A program made the translations under genes and the position numbers. A stretch of 64,000 nt of DNA from positions 32,001 through 96,000 of the forward strand of contig JBBIJY010000001.1 in NCBI GenBank assembly GCA_037445735.1. Reading direction: 5' to 3'. This DNA is from Armatimonadota bacterium (GTDB taxonomy: Bacteria; Armatimonadota; Fimbriimonadia; Fimbriimonadales; GBS-DC). This document shows, piece by piece, positions 1 through 8,392 of the stretch. The notes under the pieces were generated by a model, which was given only the letters and a program-made list of their open reading frames with translations, had not been told where the DNA came from and ran no database searches. Every line of letters starts with the position of its first letter. Position 1 is the stretch's first letter.

Positions 1-1210
1 CAATCACACGATGCTCGCCCGTCTTGAGGTCAATCAGCATCAGTTCGAAGCGGTGATTGGTGAGGGCAATACGGTCGTCAACGGGCGAGACCTCCAGCAG
101 ATAGGCGTGCCCGATATCGATCTCTTCGAAGCGTTGCACGGTTCCGTCGGGTAAGTGGAGTTCGAGTCGCTCTTCACCGCTGGCGTCGGAGATGGTGACG
201 AGCCGCTCACCATCGTGCAGATAGCGGGTGAGTCGGTAGCGGACGCCCTGCGGCTCGCCATGCTGGATGACCGCGCCTTCCCAGTTGCCCATCGTGAAGG
301 GCTTGCCACGCACGGTCAGCACCAGCGAGTGCCCCTTCGGATGGAGCGCGTACTCCTGCAGGTAGTCGGCGGTCTCCACGAACTTGCGCTGTGCCTGCAC
401 GCGCGGGCTGCGCAACTCCACCTCGATGCGCCGATTCTCGCCCGTGCGCGTATCATACAGATAGAGATCAGCGCCCGCGTGATACACAATGCGCTCACCG
501 TCGGTGCTGGGATAGCGCACATAGTAGTCAGTGTGGTGCGTGTGGCGCTGCAGGTCGCTTCCATCCGGCAGGCAGGAGTAGAGGTTGGCGATGCCCTCGT
601 GGTCCGAGACAAAATAGATTCGTTCGCCGATCCACATCGGGGCGGTGAGGTCGCCATCGGTGGGCTTAAAGCGTTCGAACTCGCCGGTGCCGTTGCGGTC
701 GATCCAGAACACGCCGGCGGTGCCACCGCGATAGCGTTTCCAGCGAGCGGGATCGCCCGTGTGTCGTCCCAGCACGACTGCGCCGTTGGGTCCGAAGGCG
801 ATATGGTTTGCCAGCCCGTACGGGTATCGCTGGGGCAGACCACCCTCCCGCGCGACGCGCCAGAGCCATATCTCCCGTGGTGGGCGCGCCGCGTTGCTGG
901 TGTAGATGACTTCTTTACCGTCGGGCGTCCAGCCGACCACCATCACGCGACTGGCGCCCTGATAGGTCAATCGGCGCGGCTCGCCCCCTTCCGCCGGCAT
1001 CAGATAGACTTCGGGCTGACCCTCATCCCGCGCCACAAACGCCAGCCACTGCCCATCCGGCGAATAACAGGGGCTGATGACCTCGCTGAGGCTGGTGGTC
1101 AACCGCCGTGCAATCCCGCCTTCTACCGAAACCGTCCACAAATCATCTTCACACACAAAGGCGACCCTGTCGCCACAGATGGTCGGAAAGCGATAGTACC
1201 CTCTGTGCAT
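1..1210 (-). CDS. Tricorn protease-like S41 peptidase, N-terminal beta-propeller part (runs off the left edge)
   Basis: Not in the ORF track because it is open-ended. Manual translation from the ATG at 1210 gives MHRGYYRFPTICGDRVAFVCEDDLWTVSVEGGIARRLTT...YSPDGQWLAF...EVYLMPAEGGEPRRLTYQG, the typical tricorn N-terminus with PD40-like repeats. TATAAT lies 10 nt upstream. Confidence 0.85.
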   Translation of the reverse strand, partial: MHRGYYRFPTICGDRVAFVCEDDLWTVSVEGGIARRLTTSLSEVISPCYSPDGQWLAFVARDEGQPEVYLMPAEGGEPRRLTYQGASRVMVVGWTPDGKEVIYTSNAARPPREIWLWRVAREGGLPQRYPYGLANHIAFGPNGAVVLGRHTGDPARWKRYRGGTAGVFWIDRNGTGEFERFKPTDGDLTAPMWIGERIYFVSDHEGIANLYSCLPDGSDLQRHTHHTDYYVRYPSTDGERIVYHAGADLYLYDTRTGENRRIEVELRSPRVQAQRKFVETADYLQEYALHPKGHSLVLTVRGKPFTMGNWEGAVIQHGEPQGVRYRLTRYLHDGERLVTISDASGEERLELHLPDGTVQRFEEIDIGHAYLLEVSPVDDRIALTNHRFELMLIDLKTGEHRVI

Positions 1211-1277
1211 AGCAAGGGGGATTATACCAGAAGGTGTGCTGCTCTGTACCGGCATGGGTAGAATCTATGGTGGAACT

Positions 1278-2333
1278 ATGGGACAGGGACAGCGATTGCG
1301 TCGAAGTGCTGAGATCGAACCGCTGCCACTCTGGGATGGCAATCCAACAACGGCATCGAATGGAGCCACGCCCGGGTGTGAAATACCCTCACAGCCTTTA
1401 GGCCCGAACCAGATTTATCATGGCGACGCTCGTGCGCTATTGCCGCTCATAGCGCCAGAGAGCATAGCCCTCAGTGTCTGGTCGCCCCCCTACTTTGTCG
1501 GTAAAAGTTATGAAGCCCACCTGACCTTTGAGGACTGGAAGGATCTGATTGCCGAGGTAATAAAGCTCCACTTCCCGATTATTCGTCCTGGAGGGTTTGT
1601 TGCGATTAATATCGCGGACATTCTCTGTTTCCGCGATCCCACGATGCCACGCTTGCAGGCAGAGGCGACCGATCGGCGCCGCTGCCCCGTAACGCGCGAG
1701 GATGTGCTGGCAGCGATGGCGGAACATCCCCACCTCAATCGGTATCAATTAGCGAAGCTTTTAGGGTGCAGCGAGCAGACCATCGATCGTCGTTTGCGTG
1801 GCAATAATGTGCGAGGTGGCAAATATGCCACGCAGACGCGCGTCCAGCTGGTTGGTGGGCTTATTGAGCAGTGGTGTGCGGCATCGGGATTCTATCTGTA
1901 TGACCGCCGTATCTGGGTCAAAGACCCTGCATGGGAGAATAATCCCTGGTTCACCCTTTCGTATCGCTCCGTTGACGAGTTCGAGTACATCTACATTCTC
2001 TGGAAGCCTGGGGTAACGAAGATACGGCGTTCACGCCTGAGCCGTGATGAGTGGGTGGAGTGGGGTTCACGCGCCGTCTGGCGGTTCCCCTCCGTCCGAA
2101 AAAATGACCTGCACGAAGCTCAGTTCCCTGTTGAATTACCCCGACGCCTGATACGCCTTCTATCTGAACCTGGCGATATTATCCTTGACTGCTTCATCGG
2201 TAGTGGCACAACCGCCATCGCTGCCCTGGCAGAAGGACGACAGTTTATTGGCATCGAACTGCACAAACCGTATGTGGAGCTGGCACGCTCCCGCATCGCC
2301 TTCTATCAACGGTACCATCGCGATGTTTCTTGA
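1278..2333 (+). CDS. Type II DNA methyltransferase, N4-cytosine (beta class), M.BglI/M.SfiI-like
   Basis: Catalytic WSPPY near the N-terminus and SAM-binding DCFIGSGTT near the C-terminus (beta order). Internal HTH-like segment LNRYQLAKLLGCSEQTIDRRL. Overlaps the downstream endonuclease gene. Confidence 0.9.
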   Translation: MGQGQRLRRSAEIEPLPLWDGNPTTASNGATPGCEIPSQPLGPNQIYHGDARALLPLIAPESIALSVWSPPYFVGKSYEAHLTFEDWKDLIAEVIKLHFPIIRPGGFVAINIADILCFRDPTMPRLQAEATDRRRCPVTREDVLAAMAEHPHLNRYQLAKLLGCSEQTIDRRLRGNNVRGGKYATQTRVQLVGGLIEQWCAASGFYLYDRRIWVKDPAWENNPWFTLSYRSVDEFEYIYILWKPGVTKIRRSRLSRDEWVEWGSRAVWRFPSVRKNDLHEAQFPVELPRRLIRLLSEPGDIILDCFIGSGTTAIAALAEGRQFIGIELHKPYVELARSRIAFYQRYHRDVS

Positions 2334-3036
2334 ACCTGAAGAGCTGGCACAGGCGCCCCATATCATCGAAGACATAGAAAAGGCGACGCTGCGAATGGTC
2401 GTTCAGGGGTTGCTCCTTTATCGGGAAGCAGCTGCCGAAATCTTTCGTGCCGAGACAGACCTGCCCAGCGATATCGCCGAAGACATTACCCGCGAAGCCC
2501 TCGACGCGCTGGGGATGTCCAGAATAGGCGTGCGCCTGTTCGGTAAGGTTGACTACAAACGAGCACGCTACTGCTTCAATCCCGATTACGCCGTTCGACA
2601 GGCGCTCTTTGTGGATTCCAAAGCCGAAGATGCCGCAGCGAAGAACACAATAACAATCCAGCTGTCTCAAACCTCAATGATTGTGAAACAGTTTCGGGGT
2701 GGAAGGGAGATAAGCGAACAGGGCGAAATCCCGATGATTGTGGCAACCGAGCAAGGACGACTCCTTTCCACCACGATATTCGTGAAATATAATTACCAAT
2801 CTGTAAATAAGAAGCATTATCTAATTAGCATAACAGTGGCAGCATTACCTAACGGACTGCTTCAGCACCGCTATAATCCCTCCGCATCCGATACCATCTG
2901 GTTAGCGGGTCGAAACGCGCCTCAGCGCGGTGAAAAGTTTCGAGTTCGGCTTTCACTGACGCGCCTTAAAGCCAGGGCTTCTTGGCGCGTGCAGGAAATC
3001 CCTATGCCACCTGAAGCCTTCCAGTGGAATGATTGA
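2323..3036 (+). CDS. SfiI-family type II restriction endonuclease
   Basis: MFLEPEEL...EKATLRMVVQ...AEDITREAL...GKVDYKR...QALFVDSKA...LPNGLLQHRYNP...WRVQEI matches recalled SfiI motifs (EKQTLR, AEDIT, IDYKR, LLVDAKA, RYNP, WRLQE). Overlaps the MTase stop; lower GC than the flanks. Confidence 0.8.
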   Translation: MFLEPEELAQAPHIIEDIEKATLRMVVQGLLLYREAAAEIFRAETDLPSDIAEDITREALDALGMSRIGVRLFGKVDYKRARYCFNPDYAVRQALFVDSKAEDAAAKNTITIQLSQTSMIVKQFRGGREISEQGEIPMIVATEQGRLLSTTIFVKYNYQSVNKKHYLISITVAALPNGLLQHRYNPSASDTIWLAGRNAPQRGEKFRVRLSLTRLKARASWRVQEIPMPPEAFQWND

Positions 3037-3119
3037 GTATCTAAGTTGTGATATGGCCTCACTCTCCTTCCGTCGCGAATAGCACTGGCGAAAATCTTTA
3101 AGGGCGGATGGTGGTCGGC

Positions 3120-3138
3120 ATGCTATAATCGATAGCAT
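3120..3138 (+). promoter_or_regulatory. Extended -10 (TGcTATAAT) inside the palindrome ATGCTAT-N5-ATAGCAT; putative hmgA promoter/operator
   Basis: Seen directly about 27 nt upstream of the hmgA ATG. Confidence 0.5.
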
Positions 3139-3164
3139 CATCACGAACATGGGAGGTGTCCACA

Positions 3165-4364
3165 ATGCCGTGGTATATGCGCATGGGACAGGTGCCGCCG
3201 AAGCGGCATACGCAGTTCCGCCGACCTGACGGCGGACTCTACGCGGAAGAGGTGCTGGGCACGGAGGGCTTCTCCGGTATCCAGTCGATCCTCTATCACT
3301 ACTATCCGCCCACGCGCGTGAAGGAGTTCTTCCACTGCTACACGCGCACCATCGAGCCGATCGAGGAGCCGATGCTTCAGCATCGCCACTTCCGCACGAA
3401 GGAGATGCCCCCACAGGGTGACCCCATCACGGGGCGCATCGAACTGATGTTCAACGAGGATGTCATCTTCTCTGTGTGTCGCCCCATCGAGCAGATGAGC
3501 TACTTCTACAAAAACGCTGACGGGGACGACCTCATCTTCGTGCATGAGGGCACGGGCAGGCTGGAGACGCAGTTCGGGCATCTGCGCTTCCGCGAGGGCG
3601 ACTATCTGGTCATCCCGCATGGCACCATCTGGCGCATGGTGCTGGACGCGCTGCCAGCCAGGCTCATCTGGATTGAGGCGCGCGGCGGGCAGATCGAAAC
3701 GCCCAAACGCTACCGCAACGAGTACGGACAGCTGCTGGAGCATTCGCCCTACTGCGAGCGGGACATCCGCGTGCCCGAAGAGCTGGAGACGCGAACCGAA
3801 CTGGGCGACTTCGAGGTGCGCATCCATCGGCGCGGGCGCGTCTACGCCTACCACTACGAGCATCACCCCTTCGATGTGGTCGGCTGGGATGGCTATGTCT
3901 ATCCGTGGGCGTTCAACATCAACGACTTCGAGCCGATCACGGGACGCATCCATCAGCCGCCGCCCGTGCATCAAACTTTCCAGGGCCCGAACTTCGTGGT
4001 CTGCTCCTTCTGCCCGCGCATGCTGGACTACCATCCGCTGGCAATCCCTGTGCCCTACAACCACAGCAACCTCGATAGCGATGAGGTGCTGTACTATGTG
4101 AACCGCAAGTTCGGCAGTCGGCGCGGGATTGAGGAAGGCTCGATCACCCTGCACCCGTCAGGCATCCCGCACGGACCGCAGCCGGGCGCGGTGGAGGCAA
4201 GCCTGGGCGCCACACGCACCGAAGAGCTCGCCGTGATGATGGATACCTTCCGCCCGCTGCAGGTGACAAAAGCCGCGCTGGAATTCGAAGACCCGAACTA
4301 TCCCTTCTCGTGGCTGGGCGCACCAGTGCAGCCGAATGAACCAGGCAAGACCGATACATGGTGA
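3165..4364 (+). CDS. hmgA: Homogentisate 1,2-dioxygenase
   Basis: FYKNADGDDLIFVHEG, HPFDVVGWDG, HQPPPVHQTF, PYNHSNLDSDEV and TLHPSGIPHGP motifs; GGAGG RBS. Confidence 0.92.
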   Translation: MPWYMRMGQVPPKRHTQFRRPDGGLYAEEVLGTEGFSGIQSILYHYYPPTRVKEFFHCYTRTIEPIEEPMLQHRHFRTKEMPPQGDPITGRIELMFNEDVIFSVCRPIEQMSYFYKNADGDDLIFVHEGTGRLETQFGHLRFREGDYLVIPHGTIWRMVLDALPARLIWIEARGGQIETPKRYRNEYGQLLEHSPYCERDIRVPEELETRTELGDFEVRIHRRGRVYAYHYEHHPFDVVGWDGYVYPWAFNINDFEPITGRIHQPPPVHQTFQGPNFVVCSFCPRMLDYHPLAIPVPYNHSNLDSDEVLYYVNRKFGSRRGIEEGSITLHPSGIPHGPQPGAVEASLGATRTEELAVMMDTFRPLQVTKAALEFEDPNYPFSWLGAPVQPNEPGKTDTW

Positions 4365-4366
4365 TG

Positions 4367-4398
4367 CCCTCACCCCCTCCCACGCTGTGGGAGAGGGG
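4367..4398. repeat. REP/BoxC-like palindromic repeat (CCCTCACCCC...CTCCCACGCTGTGGGAGAGGGG)
   Basis: Related copies at about 6962, 9294, 26507, 38370, 41274, 46816 and 48306. Confidence 0.75.
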
Positions 4399-4459
4399 AG
4401 TTGCTGAAAGCTCTGACATGGGGCGAAGGTGTGGGTGAGAGGGCTTTTTCACGAATCAG

Positions 4460-5353
4460 ATGATTGAGCAGAGGCTCTCCGTGCCTGCGGGCGAGCTGAA
4501 CCTGCCACTGTGTGTGCAGAGCGGGCAGGTATTCCGCTGGCGACCGCTCGATGACAACACCTGGCTGGGTGTCGCAGGCAGCCAGCTTCTGCTTGTGCGC
4601 CCCGCCGGCACACGCTGGCACCTGCACGCCCCTGAAACCCGGAACCCCATCGCCACCTTCATCCATCTCTTTCGGCTGGAGATCGACCTCAAGCAGATTC
4701 AGGCGCGGCTCGTTCGTTGCCATCCGCTCTGGGGCGAATGGGTGGATGCACTGCCGGGCTTGCGCCTGATGCGCTGGCTGGATGCTGAAGAGTGTCTCTT
4801 CTCGTTTCTCTGTACGCCCGCCAACAACATCCCCCGCATCACCGGCATGATTGAGCGGCTCTGCCAGCGCTATGGCGAGCCAATCGCGCAGATAGACCAC
4901 CAGACCGTGCATGCGTTTCCGAAGGCGTCGGTGCTGGCGAACGCTTCGGAGGCGGAGCTGCACGCGCTGGGCTTCGGCTACCGCGCCCGCATGCTGATTG
5001 AATCGGCGCGTGCCCTGCTGGCGCGCGGTGAGGGCTGGCTCGAAAGCCTGCGCGCGTTGCCCTACGAGCAGGCGAAACGCGAACTGTGCCAGCTGCCCGG
5101 TGTCGGCGCCAAAATCGCTGACTGCGTACTGCTGTTCGGGCTGGACAACCCGCTCGCCGTGCCCGTCGACACCCACCTGTGGCAGGCGATTCGGCAGTGG
5201 CTGATACCCCACCTGCGCACCCGCACCCTGACCGAACGCGCCTACCGCGAAATCACCGACTGGTTCCACGCCACCTTCGGCGAGCTGACAGGCTGGGCAC
5301 ACCAGTACCTCTTCACCGCCCACCTGCTGGGCATGGAGACAAAGAAGGTATAA
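4460..5353 (+). CDS. 8-oxoguanine DNA glycosylase (OGG1-like, HhH-GPD)
   Basis: SGQVFRW N-terminal motif, NNIPRITGMI, LGFGYRA, LPGVGAKIADC, VPVDTH, GWAHQYLF. Confidence 0.9.
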   Translation: MIEQRLSVPAGELNLPLCVQSGQVFRWRPLDDNTWLGVAGSQLLLVRPAGTRWHLHAPETRNPIATFIHLFRLEIDLKQIQARLVRCHPLWGEWVDALPGLRLMRWLDAEECLFSFLCTPANNIPRITGMIERLCQRYGEPIAQIDHQTVHAFPKASVLANASEAELHALGFGYRARMLIESARALLARGEGWLESLRALPYEQAKRELCQLPGVGAKIADCVLLFGLDNPLAVPVDTHLWQAIRQWLIPHLRTRTLTERAYREITDWFHATFGELTGWAHQYLFTAHLLGMETKKV

Positions 5354-5373
5354 TTTCCTCCGGAGAACCGACG

Positions 5374-5931
5374 ATGGCTGTGGTCAAAGCCAGAACAATC
5401 AGCACTGCCGACTTCCTCAATCTGCCCGAGGAGGTGCATCAGAGCGCCTCCGTTGAGCTGCTCTATGGCGAGGTCATCGAGATGCCCAAGCCTTCGTGGG
5501 AGCATAACTATTTAGCCTCTTCGCTGATGGCAACGATTGCGCGACACGCACGCAAGCATCGGCTGGGCAAAGCCAGTACCGATTGTCTGGTGATTTTGGA
5601 TCAGGATTCAGGGGTCGCCCTGGCGCCCGATGTGGTCTATCTCTCCACCGAGAAGCTCGCCCAGATTCAGCACGGGCGCGTGTACGGCACGCCCGATCTG
5701 GTGGTGGAGGTCATCAGCCCCTCCTCTGAAATCCACGACCGCATCCACAAGCTGCCGATTTACCATCGCTATCGGGTGCCATGGGTGTGGCTGATTGAGC
5801 TGGAGCCATTGCATCTGGAGGAGTATCAGTGGAGCGAGGCGGGCTATATACGGGTGCAGGCGGTGGCGGGCGATGAGCCGTTTACCCCGCGCCTGTTCCC
5901 CCGGCTCACCTTTAAGTTGAGCGATTTATGA
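5374..5931 (+). CDS. Uma2/DUF820 family endonuclease-fold protein
   Basis: ELLYGEV, PSWEH, APDV, PDLVVEVISPS and KLPIY..YRVPWVWLI motifs; GGAGA RBS. Confidence 0.88.
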   Translation: MAVVKARTISTADFLNLPEEVHQSASVELLYGEVIEMPKPSWEHNYLASSLMATIARHARKHRLGKASTDCLVILDQDSGVALAPDVVYLSTEKLAQIQHGRVYGTPDLVVEVISPSSEIHDRIHKLPIYHRYRVPWVWLIELEPLHLEEYQWSEAGYIRVQAVAGDEPFTPRLFPRLTFKLSDL

Positions 5932-6908
5932 GCATGGCAACCGATGGCGTTCTGGGCTTCCATCATGCGACCGCAATCGCGGGCGAGGCGCAACCGAATG
6001 TGAACTTCTATGCGGGCGTGCTGGGACTGCGACTGGTCAAACGCTCCGTCAATCAGGATGCGCCCGAAGTCTATCACCTGTTCTACGCCGATGCACAGGG
6101 CACACCAGGCACTGACCTCACCTTCTTTCCCTGGCGAATCGTCGCACCCTTTCAGGCGGGCACGGGCACGATCCTGGAGCAGGGGCTGCTCGTGCCTGCT
6201 GACAGTCTGCCCTACTGGGCGCAACGCCTGCAGAAAGCAGGTGCGCACACAGAGCCAGTCACGGAATGGTTCGGCGAACCCGTGCTGCGCTTTCGCGACC
6301 CCGATGGACTGGCACTTGCCCTGATAGGCAGCGCTCACGAGCGACCGTTCAGCGTGTGGGAGCGCAGCCCCGTGCCCGCTGAGCATCAGATACGGGGGCT
6401 TTATACCGCCCGAATCGGTGTGGCGACGCATGGAGCAACCGAGCGCGTGCTGACCGAACTGCTGGGCTTCCGTAAAGTGGCTATGGAGGGCGACACGCAT
6501 CGTTTCGAGATCGGTGCAGCAGGCGAGGCAGGCTTCGGCTACCTCGAAGTGCAGGTACGCCCCGACCTGCCACGCGGACGCTGGGGACGCGGCGGCATGC
6601 ACCATCTCGCATGGCGCACGCGCGACGAGAGCCACCTGACAGCCCTGCGCGAGCAACTCCAGCAAATCGGACTGAAACCCACCCCGATTATCGACCGATT
6701 CTGGTTCCGTTCAGTCTACTTTGTGGAGCCAGGTGGCGTGCTGTTCGAGCTGGCGACCGACGGACCCGGCTTCGTCGTGGATGAAGAGAAGGCGCATCTG
6801 GGCGAGCAGCTGGTTCTACCGCCCTGGCTGGAACCACAACGCGAGCTGATTGAGGCAAAACTCCCGCCCATCGCCTATCCGCCCCCGCTGAACCCCTCTT
6901 CTCTTTAG
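5928..6908 (+). CDS. Ring-cleaving dioxygenase (MhqA/MhqO-like, VOC superfamily)
   Basis: GFHHATAI, FYAGVLGLRLVKRSVNQD, HHLAWR, DRFWFRSVYFVEPGGVLFELATDGPGF. Confidence 0.9.
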   Translation: MSMATDGVLGFHHATAIAGEAQPNVNFYAGVLGLRLVKRSVNQDAPEVYHLFYADAQGTPGTDLTFFPWRIVAPFQAGTGTILEQGLLVPADSLPYWAQRLQKAGAHTEPVTEWFGEPVLRFRDPDGLALALIGSAHERPFSVWERSPVPAEHQIRGLYTARIGVATHGATERVLTELLGFRKVAMEGDTHRFEIGAAGEAGFGYLEVQVRPDLPRGRWGRGGMHHLAWRTRDESHLTALREQLQQIGLKPTPIIDRFWFRSVYFVEPGGVLFELATDGPGFVVDEEKAHLGEQLVLPPWLEPQRELIEAKLPPIAYPPPLNPSSL

Positions 6909-6961
6909 AAACGCAGAGAAGCACCCCACACCAATAGCCAGGGCGCCCCACCGGGGGCAGT

Positions 6962-7003
6962 CCCCTCTCCCCGCACGCAGAGGAGAGGGGCTGAGAGTGA
7001 GGG
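6962..7003. repeat. REP-like hairpin between convergent genes
   Basis: CCCCTCTCC..GGAGAGGGG..GTGAGGG. Confidence 0.6.
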
Positions 7004-7025
7004 ATTTTTCACCGGTGGGAGGCGC

Positions 7026-7952
7026 TTAGCCCGTGCCCATCAGCACCGTCTGCCACAGCCCGTAGCCGACCCCGTAGCGAGCACGCACACCGTAGAACAC
7101 CCTGTCACGCATAAACACGCTCTCGCTGGTCGGGCGATCGAGCGCGGCAAACTCCAGCGGCACATCCCGACGCTCCTGCAAAATCACACCCCGCACCGCC
7201 CGCGAAGTGTCCAGCAGGAACCACCTGTCCGCCTGCGCACCCGCAATATAGGGCGACACAATCAGGCGCAACTTGCCCTGCAACACATTCCGATACGGCG
7301 TGAAGTTGCCCGTCGTGTTCATCTGCACCACTACAGGCGACTCCAGCAGCTCCATCGCCAGCCACTGCAGCGCAGGACCCACCAGCAGCGTGTCAGGCAT
7401 AATCCCCATCGGGCGACCCCGATCATCCTTAATCAGCATCATCTGCGCCATCGCCTGCTGAAGGTTCTCGGTGTTCAACTCGCCCGTGAAGATGTTGCTC
7501 TGCAGTCCGCTCTCGCCCTCTTGATGCGCAGTGCTGAACAGGGGCTGACCGTCGTAGGCAGTGCCGCTCGTGCCCTCCAGCAGCGCGTTGATCACCAGCT
7601 GCTCCCGATGGCGCACCGCCTCCAGCGCAAGGTCCTGCACGCGCATCCGAATCATGTCGTACTGCTCATCCTCCAGCGCGCGGCGCTCCACTGCAATCGA
7701 CGCCTCCCACACCTGGTCGCTGATGGCATACTCGAACGCCCGCAAACCGACGGGCACACGCTCATCGATGAACTCGCGCATGGCGGGCACACTGCCCAGC
7801 CAGCCGTACTTCTGTGTGGGCAGATTCGTGCGCACCACCGTCGCGATGCGCGACACAAGGCTCGACTCACTCAGCTGGCGGTAGGCGCGGAAAAACTCCG
7901 TGCGCAACCCCGCCTCGATCAGCGACAGCAAATCACTTCGAACCAGTGGCAT
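7026..7952 (-). CDS. Mu-like phage major capsid protein (gpT family, HK97 fold)
   Basis: KYGWLGSVPAMREFI, WEASIAVERRALEDEQY, YDGQPLFSTAH, KDDRGRPMGI.PDTLLVGPAL, WFLLDTSR and YGVRARYGVGYGLWQ are hallmark gpT motifs; GAGGGAGG RBS. Confidence 0.92.
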   Translation of the reverse strand: MPLVRSDLLSLIEAGLRTEFFRAYRQLSESSLVSRIATVVRTNLPTQKYGWLGSVPAMREFIDERVPVGLRAFEYAISDQVWEASIAVERRALEDEQYDMIRMRVQDLALEAVRHREQLVINALLEGTSGTAYDGQPLFSTAHQEGESGLQSNIFTGELNTENLQQAMAQMMLIKDDRGRPMGIMPDTLLVGPALQWLAMELLESPVVVQMNTTGNFTPYRNVLQGKLRLIVSPYIAGAQADRWFLLDTSRAVRGVILQERRDVPLEFAALDRPTSESVFMRDRVFYGVRARYGVGYGLWQTVLMGTG

Positions 7953-7966
7953 CGGCTCTCCCTCCC

Positions 7967-8380
7967 TCAAACGGTGTGATTATCGATGCGAATGCGCACC
8001 GTCGTGCTGCTGGGCAACTCCACAACCGTGCCAACGAGAATGTTGTTCACGCTGGTCTTTGCCACCTCGTTATCGGAGACGGCTCGCACCACCGTGCCCA
8101 CATCGTTCTGGTTGAATGTGCCCGAACGGTTGTAGAGGAAAGTGCCCCGCTTGATGACACGGCACCGCTTCGCGCCATCGGCACCGCTGGCGTTATCGAC
8201 GCTTTCGAACGCCACGCCCACAAAGCGCAGGTTTGCCGTGTCGGACGCCGGCACCAGATAACCCGCGTTATCCAGACACACCAGCGCACCCTTCCAGATA
8301 CGCACGCCCCCCTTCACGGGATAGGCAATCAGCAGCCCTTCCTTCTCCTGGGCCTCATGGGGACCTGTGAGTGCAGGCAT
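7967..8380 (-). CDS. Phage capsid decoration/cement protein (DUF2190-like)
   Basis: YPVKGGVRIWKGALV...GYLVPA...FVGVA.ESVDN..GADG...DVG..V.AVSDNEV; lies between protease and major capsid genes; GGAGGTG RBS. Confidence 0.8.
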   Translation of the reverse strand: MPALTGPHEAQEKEGLLIAYPVKGGVRIWKGALVCLDNAGYLVPASDTANLRFVGVAFESVDNASGADGAKRCRVIKRGTFLYNRSGTFNQNDVGTVVRAVSDNEVAKTSVNNILVGTVVELPSSTTVRIRIDNHTV

Positions 8381-8392
8381 CGGCTCACCTCC

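Noticed and set aside
155-1261. 368-aa plus-strand ORF and similar long antisense ORFs (e.g. 14005-15726, 45026-46741, 46853-48085)
   Set aside because: Shadow frames of real genes on the opposite strand in GC-rich DNA; no recognisable motifs.
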